A stretch of DNA of 64,000 nucleotides from Macrostomum lignano (Eukaryota): positions 1 to 64,000 of the forward strand of contig NIVC01000762.1 of the NCBI GenBank assembly GCA_002269645.1. The letters run 5' to 3'. The notes beneath the pieces were generated by a model that was not told the origin of the DNA, did not search any database, and was given only the letters and a program-made list of their open reading frames with translations. The position numbers were made by a program, and so were the translations under genes. The number at the start of each line of letters is the position of its first letter. Position 1 is the stretch's first letter. This document shows positions 48,073 through 60,654 of the stretch, piece by piece.

Positions 48073-50710
48073 TTAGCGAGTTCTATTGTGAATTCGTTGA
48101 TGAGACCTCAGGTTGGACCGGTCAGTGAAGCACCTGCCGCACTGTCTGCACTCGAATGGTTTTTCACCTGCGGGAATTGTAATAGAGATGCGGTAACTGA
48201 AGATTGATGTTACCCCTGGTAGATTAGCGGTGTGAGAGGGAGTGAGCCTGAGGAGATAAGGAGAGCGAGAGAGGGAGAGGGGACAGGGAGGAGAGTGAGA
48301 ACTGAGGAGACAGGGAGAGTGAAAGGGAGTGAGAAGGAGACAGGGAGAGTGAAAGGGAGTGAGAAGGAGACAGGGAGAGTGAAAGGGAGTGAGAAGGAGA
48401 CAGGGGGAGTGAAAGGGAGTGAGAAGGAGACAGGGAGAGTGAAAGAAATATAGTGAGGGTGAGATGCAGACAGTGAAAGTGAGAGGAATACAGGGGAAGT
48501 GATAGTGAGAGGGAGATAGGGAGGGTGAGAGGTAGACAGTGAGAGTAAGATGGAGACAGGGTCAGGGAGAGTGAGAGGGAGAGTGACAAGGAGAGTGGGA
48601 GGGAGAGTGAGAGGGAGATTGGGTCAGGGAGAGTGAGAGGGAGAGTGAGAGGGTGATTGGGTCAGGGAGAGTGGGAGGGAGAGTGACAAGGAGAGTGGGA
48701 GGGAGAGTGAGAGGGAGATTGGGTCAGGGAGAGTGAGAGGGAGAGTGAGAGGGTGATTGGGTCAGGGAGAGTGAGAGGGAGAGTGAGAGGGAGAGTGAGA
48801 GGGAGAGTGAGAGGGAGAGTGAGAGGGAGATTGGGTCAGGGAGAGTGAGAGGGAGACAGGGTCAGGAAGAGTGAGAGGGAGAGTGAGAGGGAGATTGGGT
48901 CAGGGAGAGTGAGAGGGAGAGTGGGAGGGAGAGTGAGAGGGAGATTGGGTCAGGGAGAGTGAGAGGGAGATTGGGTCAGGGAGAGTGAGAGGGAGATTGG
49001 GTCAGGGAGAGTGAGAGGGAGAGTGAGAGGGAGATTGGGTCAGGGAGAGTGAGAGGGAGATTGGGTCAGGGAGAGTGAGAGGGAGAGTGAGAGGGAGATT
49101 GGGTCAGGGAGAGTGAGAGGGAGACAGGGTCAGTGAGAGTGAGAGGGAGAGTGAGAGGGAGATTGGGTCAGGGAGAGTGAGAGGGAGACAGGGTCAGGGA
49201 GAGTGAGAGGGAGAGTAAGAGGGAGATTGGGTCAGTGAGAGTGAGAGGGAGACAGGGTCAGGGAGAGTGAGAGGGAGAGTGAGAGGGAGATTGGGTCAGT
49301 GAGAGTGAGAGGGAGACAGGGTCAGGGAGAGTGAGAGGGAGAGTGAGAGGGAGATTGGGTCAGGGAGAGTGAGAGGGAGACAGGGTCAGGGAGAGTGAGA
49401 GGGAGAGTGAGAGGGAGATTGGGTCAGGGAGAGTGAGAGGGAGACAGGGTCAGGGAGAGTGAGAGGGAGAGTGAGAGTGAGATTGGGTCAGGGAGAGTGA
49501 GAGGGAGAGTGGGAGGGAGAGTGAGAGGGAGATTGGGTCAGGGAGAGTGAGAGGGAGGGTGAGAGGGAGATTGGGTCAGGGAGAGTGAGAGGGAGACAGG
49601 GTCAGTGAGAGTGAGAGGGAGAGTGAGAGGGAGATTGGGTAAGGGAGAGTGAGAGGGAGACAGGGTCAGGGAGAGTGAGAGGGAGATTGGGTCAGGGAGA
49701 GTGAGAGGGAGACAGGGTCAGGGAGAGTGAGAGGGAGAGTGAGAGGGAGAGTGGGAGGGAGAGTGAGAGGGAGATTGGGTCAGGGAGAGTGAGAGGGAGA
49801 CAGGGTCAGTGAGAGTGAGAGGGAGAGTGACAGGGAGAGTGGGAGGGAGAGTGAGAGGGAGATTGGGTCAGGGAGAGTGAGAGGGAGAGTGAGAGGGAGA
49901 TTGGGTCAGGGAGAGTGAGAGGGAGACAGGGTCAGTGAGAGTGAGAGGGAGAGTGAGAGGGAGATTGGGTCAGGGAGAGTGAGAGGGAGAGTGAGAGGGA
50001 GATTGGGTCAGGGAGAGTGAGAGGGAGAGTGAGAGGGAGATTGGGTCAGGGAGAGTGAGAGGGAGAGTGAGAGGGAGATTGGGTCAGGGAGAGTGAGAGG
50101 GAGAGTGAGAGGGAGATTGGGTCAGGGAGAGTGGGAGGGAGAGTGGGAGGGAGAGTGGGAGGCAAATTGTGAAGCAGTAAGCTTGCAACCAATGCACAAG
50201 ATCCTATCCGCAATCTGGCTGCTAGCACAGTCACCTGTGTGGCTCCTCATGTGCCCATTGAGCAGCCAGGGCCGACTAAATCTCTTGTCGCAGATGCGGC
50301 ACTGATGCTGCAGGCTGTGCGTGAGCAGGTGCATCGATAGGGCCGGCATGGACACGTACAGCTTGCCGCAGTGCTGGCAGCTTTTAGCCAGATCGCTGTC
50401 GAATTTCCTGTGCGTCTGACTGTGCCGTCTGAGATTGCTGACGGTGGAGAAGTGCCTGCCGCACTGCTGACACGGATGGCGGCGGGTCTTCAGCGCGGGA
50501 TCCCGGTTCTCTGCCGATTGGTGCGCCTCGGTCTCGGATTTCTTTCGAAGTCGACTGGGTGGGGCGTGGGGAGGATTGACAGAAATTTGATCGATGCTTA
50601 TAAACGCTTATGATTCAATTTGGCGCCCAAGACACTTAAACTTAAACACAGGCTTTTCGGCGCCCTAAGACACAAGCTTGTTGTTGTTGGCGCCCTAAAA
50701 CACAGGCTAG

Positions 50711-50745
<35 letters not shown>

Positions 50746-52145
50746 GGCGCCCTATAACACAGTACACAGGCTAGTTGTTGTTGGCGCCCTAAAACGCAGT
50801 ACACAGGCTAGTTGTTGTTGGCGTTGGCGCGCTAAAACACAGGCTAGTTGTTGTTGGCGCCCTAAAACACAGTACACAGGCTAGTTGTTGTTGGCGCCCT
50901 AAAACACAGGCTAGTTGTTGTTGGCGCCCTAAAACACAGTACACAGGCTAGTTCTTGTTGGCGTTGGCGCGCTAAAACGCAGGCTAGTTGTTGGCGTTGG
51001 CGCCCTAAAACACAGGCTAGTTGTTGTTGGCGCCCTAAAACACAGTACACAGGCTAGTTGTTGTTGGCGCCCTAAAACACAGGCTAGTTGTTGTTGGAAT
51101 GTTGGCGCCCTAAGACATGCTTTTTGTTGTTGGAATGTTGGCGCCCTATAAAGACACATGCTTGTTGTTGTTGGCGCCCAGACGCTTGTTGTTGGCGCCC
51201 TAAGACACATGCTTGTTGCTGTTGGAATGTTGGCGCCCTATAAAGACATGCTTGTTGTTGTTGGCGCCCTAGCATAAGACTAAGAGACTTGAAATCGGTG
51301 AACTACTCTTGGTAGTCTTTGAGGCCGTTAAATTTTTACTTGTTTAGCTATTTCTACAATCAATCACAAAAAATATCGATTGCTCACAGATCCAGCGGTG
51401 CATAGTCGCGTCCTTGAGCATCAGTAGACGTAGACGTCATCATCATGGGCGAATCCGAAGCTGCCACCGATGTGGTTGCGATCAACTGCTGACTGGGTTG
51501 AAAGTTGGTTGGAGTCAAATGAAGCATTGAGTCCATAGCTGTCGTCTGCACACAGATCTGCTGAAGTGGGCGCTGCTGCTGCTGCAGTCCCATCATCAGC
51601 TGCCGATGACGCCACCACAAGGGACTGGTCCAGTTGGACAACTGCCAGTCAGACTTCTGGTACTGCATATGCATAGGCACTGTCAAGAGAATTGAGCCTG
51701 GTGTAAATTGTTGCTGACCAGAATACTGCATTGTGGGCTGTTTAAGGTTTAGTTTTGCAACAATATGAATCTAGGAAATTAGGAATTAAGGAATTATTAT
51801 TTTAAAAAGGCTGGGTCTTAAAAACGTGGAACTTACAAGTTGTTTTAACTGGAGATGTTTTGTAGCCAATTGAAGCTCAGCAACTTGTAAAATGGAGTCC
51901 CTCAGCTCGCTTCCAATTTGACGAGGGGAGGAGAGGAATTGAGTGAGCGGGATCGGCCGGGGGCTTTGAAGTACAAGGACTGCTGTTGCGTCTGGATTGG
52001 AAAGGCCCTCACCTCCAATCACTGCTTTCTTGGAAAGTGAAATCTGCACTGATCGACTGTGCTGATCGCACAGCGGTCGCTTAACGGAATTCAGACGATA
52101 ATTGAGGTCTCTTTTTCGGTGTGGTGGATGTGGACATTCTTGCAT
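48073..52145 (-). CDS. scrt: Scratch (Snail superfamily) C2H2 zinc-finger transcription factor; exons 52145-51837, 51737-51388, 50554-50235, 48167-48073
   Basis: CQQCGRHFSTVSNLRRHSQTHRKFDSDLAKSCQHCGKLYVSMPALSMHLLTH...FSRPWLLNGHMRSHTG|EKPFECRQCGRCFTDRSNLRSH. The STxSNLxRH, HR-x2-D and YVSMPALxMH motifs are Scratch-diagnostic. Intron phases 0,2,1 join cleanly. The start codon is uncertain. Confidence 0.9.
48232..50162. repeat. Purine-rich 12/14-bp array filling scratch intron 3
   Basis: Units GGGAGAGTGAGA and GGGAGATTGGGTCA. Confidence 0.95.
50625..51270. repeat. About 30-38-bp minisatellite filling scratch intron 2
   Basis: Unit GTTGTTGTTGGCGCCCTAAAACACAGGCTA and variants. Confidence 0.92.
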
Positions 52146-52944
52146 GAATTTTATCGATTTTCTTGCATGAACCCTCCCGCTTACCCCTCTGCGCGCGCGC
52201 GCCAGCCACCTATTTTTCTAACCCCATTGGCCTTATCACTTTGCCCCGTCTTGTTTTCTGTCTGTCCCTCGTCCCCCTGACCCCCCGTCCGTTATCAGTG
52301 CACCCACCACCCCAACCCCTGTTATTTAATTAAAGTACATGGATTATTAAACTAAATTAAATAATACGAGCGTACATGTAAGTGGCTGGGCCCTCTCCGT
52401 TAAAATGTTAGCCCAGTTTGTTTTCGTTTCTTACGCTGTTCAATTGAATAGTGATTCTTGTTAATCGCTCTAAATAAAATATAATGTTTATACTCGTAGT
52501 TTTCTTTTTAATTCTATTAGCTACTATAATTTTAACCACAATACATTGCGTAGGTCAGTCCACATACAGTAAAGGCAAGGGCTCCATCTTGTTCCTTTTC
52601 TCTTTTTTGCTACAGGTTGCATTCTCGACATTCTAGAATAGAATTATTGTTTGCTAGATCATAATCCATATCAATTAATCTTATGTTGTGTTAGTTGTGT
52701 TTGGGCTTTCTGTTGGTTTGCCTTGCTTCCAGTCCAGTTCGATTCTTAGCTATCCTTATCCCTTGTCCTTCCTTGGTTCAGTAAGAAAACTTCTAATGGA
52801 TTTTGGATCGAATTTCCTGGTCTGTTATTTGAATTTTTAACCGTGGCCAATGTGACTCTTAAAAGCTTCTTTTTATTTTAGAAAGCGATTAAAGACTCAA
52901 GTAAAACGGAGATTGAAGCTAGGAGAGGCCATTCGCAGTGAGAT

Positions 52945-53200
52945 GAGAGATTTGAGGAACAGGAAGATAGGAGATTTTGGGAAACAGGGAGATGGGATAT
53001 TTGGGGAGACAGGGAGATGGGAGATTTGGGGAGACAGTGAGATGGGAGATTTGGAAAGACAATGAGATGGGATCTGAGAGATAGTGAGATTGGATCTTGG
53101 AAACAGTGAGATGGGATCTGAGAGACACTGAGATTGGATCTTGGAAACAGTGAGATGGGATCTGAGAGACAGTGAGATTGGATCTTGGAAACAGTGAGAT
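52945..53200. repeat. Degenerate about 22-bp minisatellite
   Basis: Repeating GAGATGGGATCTGAGAGACAGT / GAGATTGGATCTTGGAAACAGT. Confidence 0.8.
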
Positions 53201-53809
53201 AATAACTTTGTAACGATGACAAATGAAAAGAATGAGCTGAGCAAATACTGTGCTTGTGAAATAGAACTTCATAATATTAAATATAAAAATTATTTTACCA
53301 AATGTACTAACACTTTCTCGTCATACTACTGGCAAAGTTAGTACTATTTAAAGAAAAGCTTTGAGCCATCCAGACAACTTTTTTGTAAGACTTTTTACTG
53401 CACTAGTTAGGATATACATTGGGTATTTCACTGATCCTCTTCAGGAAAAATGGGAAATGTTTGAAAAAGCATCACACACGCGCCCAACAAAGCATTAACA
53501 CTTCCTCCTAGAGGAGACACAAAGTCATAAGCCAGAAACTTCTGAGCTTGTCTGTCTATCTGTACACCTGTAGTCTCTTTTGTTCTCAGTCTCAATGGTG
53601 CCCACCCACCCCCCAGCAGCCGTTCATCTGCTTCCACAACAATTCCTCATTAATGCTTTATCAATTTTAGCCATTATTGCCATCCCCGACTATTAGGCTG
53701 ACTGGTTGACAACTGACATTGACAACTGACAGTGGCTCTTCAATGCGATCATCGTTCCTGCTCATCACTCATCACCCCCATTTTTTCCTTCCTCACATTC
53801 CCATCCTCC

Positions 53810-54575
53810 CTCTACCCGCTCTCACCCTCCCTTGTCTACCTGCTCTCACCCTGCCTTGTCTACCCGCTCCCACCCTACCTTGTCTACCCGCTCCCACCCT
53901 CCCTTATTTACCTGCTCTCACCCTCCCTTGTCTACCTGCTCTCACCCTGCCTTGTCTACCTGCTCTCACCCTGCCTTGTCTACCTGCTCTCACCCTGCCT
54001 TGTCTACCTGCTCTCACCCTGCCTTGTCTACCTGCTCTCATCCTGCCTTGTCTACCTGCTCTCACCCTGCCTTGTCTACCTGCTCTCACCCTGCCTTGTC
54101 TACCTGCTCTCATCCTGCCTTGTCTACCTGCTCTCATCCTGCCTTGTCTACCTGCCCTCATCCTGCCTTGTCTACCTGCTCTCACCCTGCCTTGTCTACC
54201 TGCTCTCATCCTGCCTTGTCTACCTGCTCTCACCCTGCCTTGTCTACCTGCTCCCACCCTCCCTTGTCTACCCGCTTCCACCCTCCCTTGTTTACCCGCT
54301 CCCACCCTCCCTTGTCTACCTGCTCTCACCCTACCTTGTCTACCCGCTCCCACCCTACCTTGTCTACCCGCTCCCACTCTCCCTTGTCTACCCGCTCCCA
54401 CCCTCCCTTGTCTACCTGCTCTCACCCTCCCTTGTCTACCTGCTCTCACCTTCCCTTGTCTACCCGCTCTCACCCTCCCTTGTCTACCCACTCTCACCCT
54501 ACCTTGTCTACCCGCTCTCACCCTCCCTTGTCTACCCGCTCTCACCCTACCTTGTCTACCCGCTCTCACCCTGCC
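53810..54575. repeat. 24-bp pyrimidine-rich minisatellite, about 32 copies
   Basis: Unit CTCTCACCCTGCCTTGTCTACCTG. Confidence 0.95.
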
Positions 54576-55289
54576 TTGGGAGTTGGTCACTTAAGCACTA
54601 AGTTTCAGGAATGCCTCATTACTCAGTCGCCAAAAACTGATCATGGAATCAATGCAATCGATTAATTTTAGCACTTTTGTCTGCGAGACATCGACGTTTC
54701 AACCAGGGCAAGAGGGCAAGCACAGCTGCCCTTGTAAAATTAATTGACAGGCAGTTTTATAAATCATTAACAAACCATGTCGTACTCCACCCCTCCCCTC
54801 ATTCAATCCATCCCTATCTCTACCAAGAGTAGACAGACAGCTATACATGAACTTTCCCTCGCGTCTATTGTAATCACTTACTATGCAGCTTTTTTGTAAT
54901 CAACTTCCTTCCCTCTCCATTGTGACTGACTTCGTCGTGAACAATGTAATTATTGTTCTTTCATTCCAGTCCCGGATCTGCAGAGCCCCACTGGCGGACT
55001 GGCGGAGCAGCTCGCAGCGTGCAACCGTTTGCTTTCTCAGACGCGTTCTCCAGCTCTACCGCAGCCACCAGCCGCTCTCAAAGAAAGCCGCCTCTCTTCC
55101 CGACCTTAAAGACAATGCATGAAATTGCTAATTGCCGACTGCAAACCAACCCACCTTCCTAGCAGCTGTGTTTCTTCTCGTAATGTTTGCTGAACACTTT
55201 CTCTTTCTGTGCGTCCTTGCCGGGCCATTAATTCTCTGTCGGCTTCCTTTTATTCTGCTTCTTTGAGAGCAGAATTGCTGCTTTCTGCT

Positions 55290-55335
<46 letters not shown>

Positions 55336-55377
55336 AATCAATCTATCTATCTATCTATCTAATCTATCAATCAATCA

Positions 55378-55419
<42 letters not shown>

Positions 55420-55448
55420 TTATCTATCTATCTATCAATCTATCTATC

Positions 55449-55508
<60 letters not shown>

Positions 55509-55509
55509 C

Positions 55510-55550
<41 letters not shown>
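55290..55550. repeat. (CTAT)n microsatellite
   Basis: Read directly from the sequence. Confidence 0.96.
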
Positions 55551-55551
<1 letters not shown>

Positions 55552-55959
55552 GCTATGACTGTTCGTTCATGCTCCCCTGAAATTTTGCAATACACAGCTA
55601 AACTAAGAACAAAATTCACATAGAATGCAGCTAGCTTGAGGTCTATGTATTTTTTGCTAGTGTTTCTGACAAAATAATTCTAAAAAAGTGCTTACACGTT
55701 GGCTTCAATCTATAACTTGTAGAATGATGAATATTGCATTATCTTTTTCTTGTAAAAAGCGATGAAAAATGCAGAAACGGATAGAGAAAGGGGAAGAGGC
55801 GGGCGTGCAGGGAGCGGGAGCAGCGGGCGCAGCTGAGGCGAGAGAGAGAAGTGGGCGATGCCAACCATTGACCTACCTACGGAGAGACATGTAAAGAGAG
55901 ATTTAGGGCGAGCGATGTAGGGAGATATTGATGTCGGGGTAGAGGGATGTCGGGAGAGA

Positions 55960-56260
55960 TACGTAGGGAGAGGCATGTAGAGAGAGATGTAAAGAGAGAG
56001 ATGTAAGGAGATGTCTAGATGTAGAGAGAGAGTTGTAGGGAGAGATAGATGTAGGGAAAGAGCTGTTGATAGAGATTTAGTGAGAGATAGGTGTAGGGAG
56101 AGAGATGTAAGGAGAGAGATGTAGGGAGATAGATGAAAGTAGAGCGATGTAGGGAGAGAGATGTAGGGAGATAGATGTAAGGAGAGAGATGTAGGGAGAG
56201 AGATGTAGGGAGAGATGTAAGGAGAGAGATGTAGGGAGAGAGATTTAGGGAGCAGGAGAC
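55960..56260. repeat. Degenerate about 15-bp purine-rich repeat
   Basis: Repeating AGAGATGTAGGG(A)G. Confidence 0.8.
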
Positions 56261-56559
56261 AAATGCAGAGAAAGAGACATTAAAATGCAAGAACGGCAGA
56301 ATTTCTAGCAATGGAGCGGAGAGAGGCTGAGTGCAGAGATGAAGGGCGATAGAGAAATTCTTGCATTTTGCCCAGCAAACCGTTGTTGCCGAGTGCACAG
56401 CGGAAGCCTGCAGCTGCAAGATGTGAAAGTGAATGCAGCAGCTTGGCTGCTTTGGTGTTTTGTCCCCGCACGGCCTGGCCATTGTTGTGGAAATGATTGA
56501 CAGGAAGCTGCAAATTAAATGGCTTTTAGAATTAACGATGCTTCTTCATGGAAACGAGA

Positions 56560-57085
56560 CTTTTAGCGCCAATGATAATTTTCTGGCGCCAGTTTGTAGC
56601 GCCATTTCTAGCGCCAACTCAAGTGCATTTTTTCTAGCGCCAACTCTGGTGCCATTTCTAGAGCCATTTCTAGCGCCATTTATAGCGCCAACTGTAGCGC
56701 CATTTCTAGCGCCAACTCTGGCGCCATTTCTAGCGCCAACTCTGGCGCCATTTCTAGCGCCAACTCTGGCGCCATTTCTAGCGCCAACTCAAGCACCATT
56801 TCTAGCGCCAACTCAAGCACCATTTCTAGCGCCAACTCTGGCGCCATTTCTAGCGTCAACTTTAGTGCCTTTTTTCTAGCGCCAACTCTAGTGCCTTTTT
56901 TCTAGCGCCAACTCTAGTGCCTTTTTTCTAGCGCCAACTCTAGTGCCTTTTTTCTAGCGCCAACTCTAGTGCCTTTTTTCTAGCGCCAACTCTAGTGCCA
57001 TTTTTAGCGCCAACTCTAGCGCCATTTCTAGAGCCATTTCTAGCGCCATTTCTAGCGCCACCTCTAGCGCCATTTCTAGCGCTAT
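56560..57085. repeat. 24-bp minisatellite with GCGCCAA core
   Basis: Unit AGCGCCAACTCTGGCGCCATTTCT. Confidence 0.9.
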
Positions 57086-58198
57086 TTCCATTTAATGTGC
57101 CTGTATGTAGGAGTGTGTAATGAGAAATTCAGGACCACTGTGAATGCGAAGAGCGTGTGCTCATAGTGTCCCCCCTAGCCCCCTAACAACTAACGAGCTT
57201 GAAAAGTCCAGAGCTTGGAGTTCGTCAGTTAATAGAAAATTGCTCTTTACTTGATGCAGAATTTACTCAGCCATGCCAACTGCACTTATTCATTAATTCG
57301 TATAACAAAAAGTGGACTCCCACGACTCTGTAGCTACAATTTGGGATAAAAAAGCTTAAGGCATCGTGCCTAGAAATATTCCATTTTAATTCTCTGCATC
57401 TCACGCTGTAGACTTTTGCTCCAGCTTGGCACGTACGAGCCAAGATGGAGCGTAGCGTTGATAATAAACCCCGTTTATGACGCACCGCAATCGAGGGGTG
57501 GCGTGGAGAGGTCACGTCTTTCTCTCTCTACCGAAAAGGACCAATTTTTAGATTTATTTTTCAGTACAGATTTGTACAGATGATGATGGGTTCTGAGCTG
57601 GGTCCATCTGGACTTCTAGCAATGTCCGTGAAGCTGTAATTTGGGGGTCCGGTAACTAGGCTGGTGTCTGATGTGGTCTGCTGTGGTCTGTTGTGCTCTG
57701 GCAATGTCTGTTAGCTGCACTCCTCCTCTGCCTGAGCTCTCTCCCCTCCCCTTCCTAGCCTCTCTCCTCTGTCCTTCGTCCTCCTCTCTCCTCTGTCCTC
57801 TCTCCTCTCTCATATCTCCTCTCTCATCTCTCATATCTCCTCTCTCCTCTTTTCTCTCTCCTCTCTTCTCTCTTATCTATTATATTTCATCTCAAATATA
57901 TCATCCCTAATCTCTAATCTCTCATCCTTATCTATAAACTCTCATCTATTATCTGTCATTTCTCATCTCTCATCTCTCATCTCTCAATCTTTCATATCTC
58001 ATTTCTCATCTCCTACCTGTCACCTGTCATCTGTCATCTGTCATCTCAGATCTCAGTAGCTATTGAATTTAATTTAGCGTGCAAAAGCTTTTGACAGCTT
58101 TGACCTCCTCATCAATTGTCGTTAGACGAAAGAAAATTGATATTCTCTGGTCAAATTAATTGGAGACAGTCACTAATTAGTGCACCAATTAACTAGAA

Positions 58199-59487
58199 TG
58201 TAGTGCATGCGCCCTTGTCAGTTGGCAGGGCGCGTTGCACTTTGGGGCTGGTTGGGGGGGTTGGCGGGCGTGGCAGGGTTTGGCCGCCGGCCGGGCTTTG
58301 CGCGTGCCCCTCCCCAGCCGTGCCCCTGCCCCGTGCTCAGGGCTGGTTGGCTGCGGCCGGGCCAGCTTTGGCGCGGGTGCTGCCCCTCCCCCCTTAGGCG
58401 GGGTTTTGATTGGCTGGGCCGGCGTGGTTTGTTTTGGTGAGCTTAGCCGGTGGGGCCGTCTGCCCAGGGTTTGGGTGCTATTTATGGTGCGACTCTGGCT
58501 CTTGCCCACCTCCTGCGTGCTTTTTGTGTTTTGGTGTGCTCCGAGAGTGCAAGCGCGAGACCTGATAAAAGAAACAGCAACATTAGCTACTTCGATAAAA
58601 GAAACAGCAACATTAGCTACTTCGATAAAAGAAACAGCAACATTAGCTACTTCGATAAAAGAAACAGCAACATTAGCTACTTCGATAAAAGAAACAGCAA
58701 CATTAGCTACTTCGATAAAAGAAACAGCAACATTAGCTACTTCGATAAAAGAAACAGCAACATTAGCTACTTCGATAAAAGAAACAGCAACATTAGCTAC
58801 TTCGATAAAAGAAACAGCAACATTAGCTACTTCGATAAAAGAAACAGCAACATTAGCTACTTCGATAAAAGAAACAGCAACATTAGCTACTTCGATAAAA
58901 GAAACAGCAACATTAGCTACTTCGATAAAAGAAACAGCAACATTAGCTACTTCGATAAAAGAAACAGCAACATTAGCTACTTCGATAAAAGAAACAGCAA
59001 CATTAGCTACTTCGATAAAAGAAACACAATAGCCTAATTGAGAAGAGTCTTGGAGAATTAAGAAGAAGTCGGAAACTGCGCTTGAGACCTGCGAATAATA
59101 AACGGTGAACAGTCATCTGGCCACTGGTAAGCCGCCTGCTGTTTGAGTCCTTTCTTTTCGGGAAGCTTGCTAGGCCGAATTCTTGCCAGAGCGTCATAAC
59201 GCCGGGAGACCATATAGCTTCTGTAGTACGGTACCGTTTACCATATATATTGCGTACGCCCTACGGTATAGAGAATAGAAGCACTCGAGAGTGTCACCAC
59301 ACCTCGAGCCGCAGCGTGAACTCTGAGTGTCACAACACCAGAGGGATCGAATTATTATCGCAGAGCGTCGCCACGCCTGCTCGTCGTATTCATAAAAGTA
59401 CAGACAGAGCGTCACAACGCCTGTTATATCACATATAATATATATTGTACTCGGGACTGGGCACCCAAGCCGACCCGGGTTACAACA
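58199..59487 (+). mobile_element. Solo LTR (1289 bp), copy 2, with an internal minisatellite expansion
   Basis: Ends TGTAGT...ACAACA; 4-bp TSD AGAA at 58195-58198 and 59488-59491. Confidence 0.85.
58564..59027. repeat. Perfect 30-bp repeat, about 15.5 copies, inside solo LTR 2
   Basis: Unit GATAAAAGAAACAGCAACATTAGCTACTTC. Confidence 0.97.
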
Positions 59488-59624
59488 AGAAATTAATTGT
59501 CTAAAAAATTCCTCCCATTTAGTTTTTAGTATGCTTGAGACTTCGACTCAAGCATAATACGCTAACGCTATCAGATCTAACAGGTGCGAGGAACCACTTA
59601 ACAGGCGCAACTTACATGTCTCTA

Positions 59625-60315
59625 ACACATGAGAGGCGCCATTCCCATGTGTTCTAAACAGGTGAGAGGCGCCATTCCCAGGTGAGAAGCGCCCTTCCCA
59701 TGTGTTCTAAACAGGTGAGAGGCGCCATTCCCATGTGTTCTAAACAGGTGAGAGGCGCCATTCCCATGTGTTCTCACAGGTGAGAGGCGTCATTCCCACG
59801 TGTTCTAACAGGTGAGATGCGCCATTCCCACGTGTTCTAACAGGTGAGAGGCGTCATTCCCACGTGTTCTAACAGGTGAGAGGCGCCATTCCCATGTGTT
59901 CTAAACAGGTGAGAGGCGCCCTTCCCATGTGTTCTAAACAGGTGAGAGGCGCCATTCCCATGTGTTCTAAACAGGTGAGAGGCGCCATTCCCATGTGTTC
60001 TCACAGGTGAGAGGCGCCATTCCCATGTGTTCTAAACAGGTGAGAGGCGCCCTTCCCATGTGTTCTAAACAGGTGAGAGGCGCCATTCCCATGTTTTCTA
60101 AACAGGTGAGAGGCGCCATTCCCATGTGTTCTAAACAGGTGAGAGGCGCCATTCCCATGTGTTCTCACAGGTGAGAGGCGCCATTCCCATGTGTTCTAAG
60201 CAGGTGAGAGGCGCCATTCCCATGTGTTCTCACAGGTGAGAGGCGCCATTCCCATGTGTTCTCAAAGGTGAGAGGCGCCATTCCCATGTTTTCTAACAGG
60301 TGCGAGAGGCGCCAT
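59625..60315. repeat. About 32-bp minisatellite, about 21 copies; same family as 61960-62452
   Basis: Unit ACAGGTGAGAGGCGCCATTCCCATGTGTTCTAA. Confidence 0.94.
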
Positions 60316-60654
60316 TATTTTTGTCTACTTATATTTAAAGCCGATACAAAAGAAGAAATCCCTCTCGGTAAAAAGGGAAGAGGAGCAGAGGATAAGCTGG
60401 GAACGCAACGAGAGTTCTGGCATTTTGTTTGACAGACAATTATTAAGTGTAATATTTCTGCTCTCTGTCAGACTTGTTGGCGTCAGGTGGACATAACGGG
60501 TGGCAATTGTCTGATGGGACAAGAGGGAGGCTGAGTCAGGGAGCACTGGAGCAGCATCTGGAGTGTTGGTCGGACAATCGCCCACAAAAAGTGCATTGAC
60601 CTTAAAATTCGTTCACCAAAGAACCAGAAGGTGTCAAAGAAAGACGTATGTGGT

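Noticed and set aside
54960-55110. GC-rich patch that could be a plus-strand terminal exon (PDLQSPTGGLAEQLAACNRLL...)
   Set aside because: No partner exon or recognisable motif found; too short to support.
58235-59037. ORFs with IKETATLATS / DKRNSNISYF repeats
   Set aside because: They are products of the 30-bp array inside a solo LTR.
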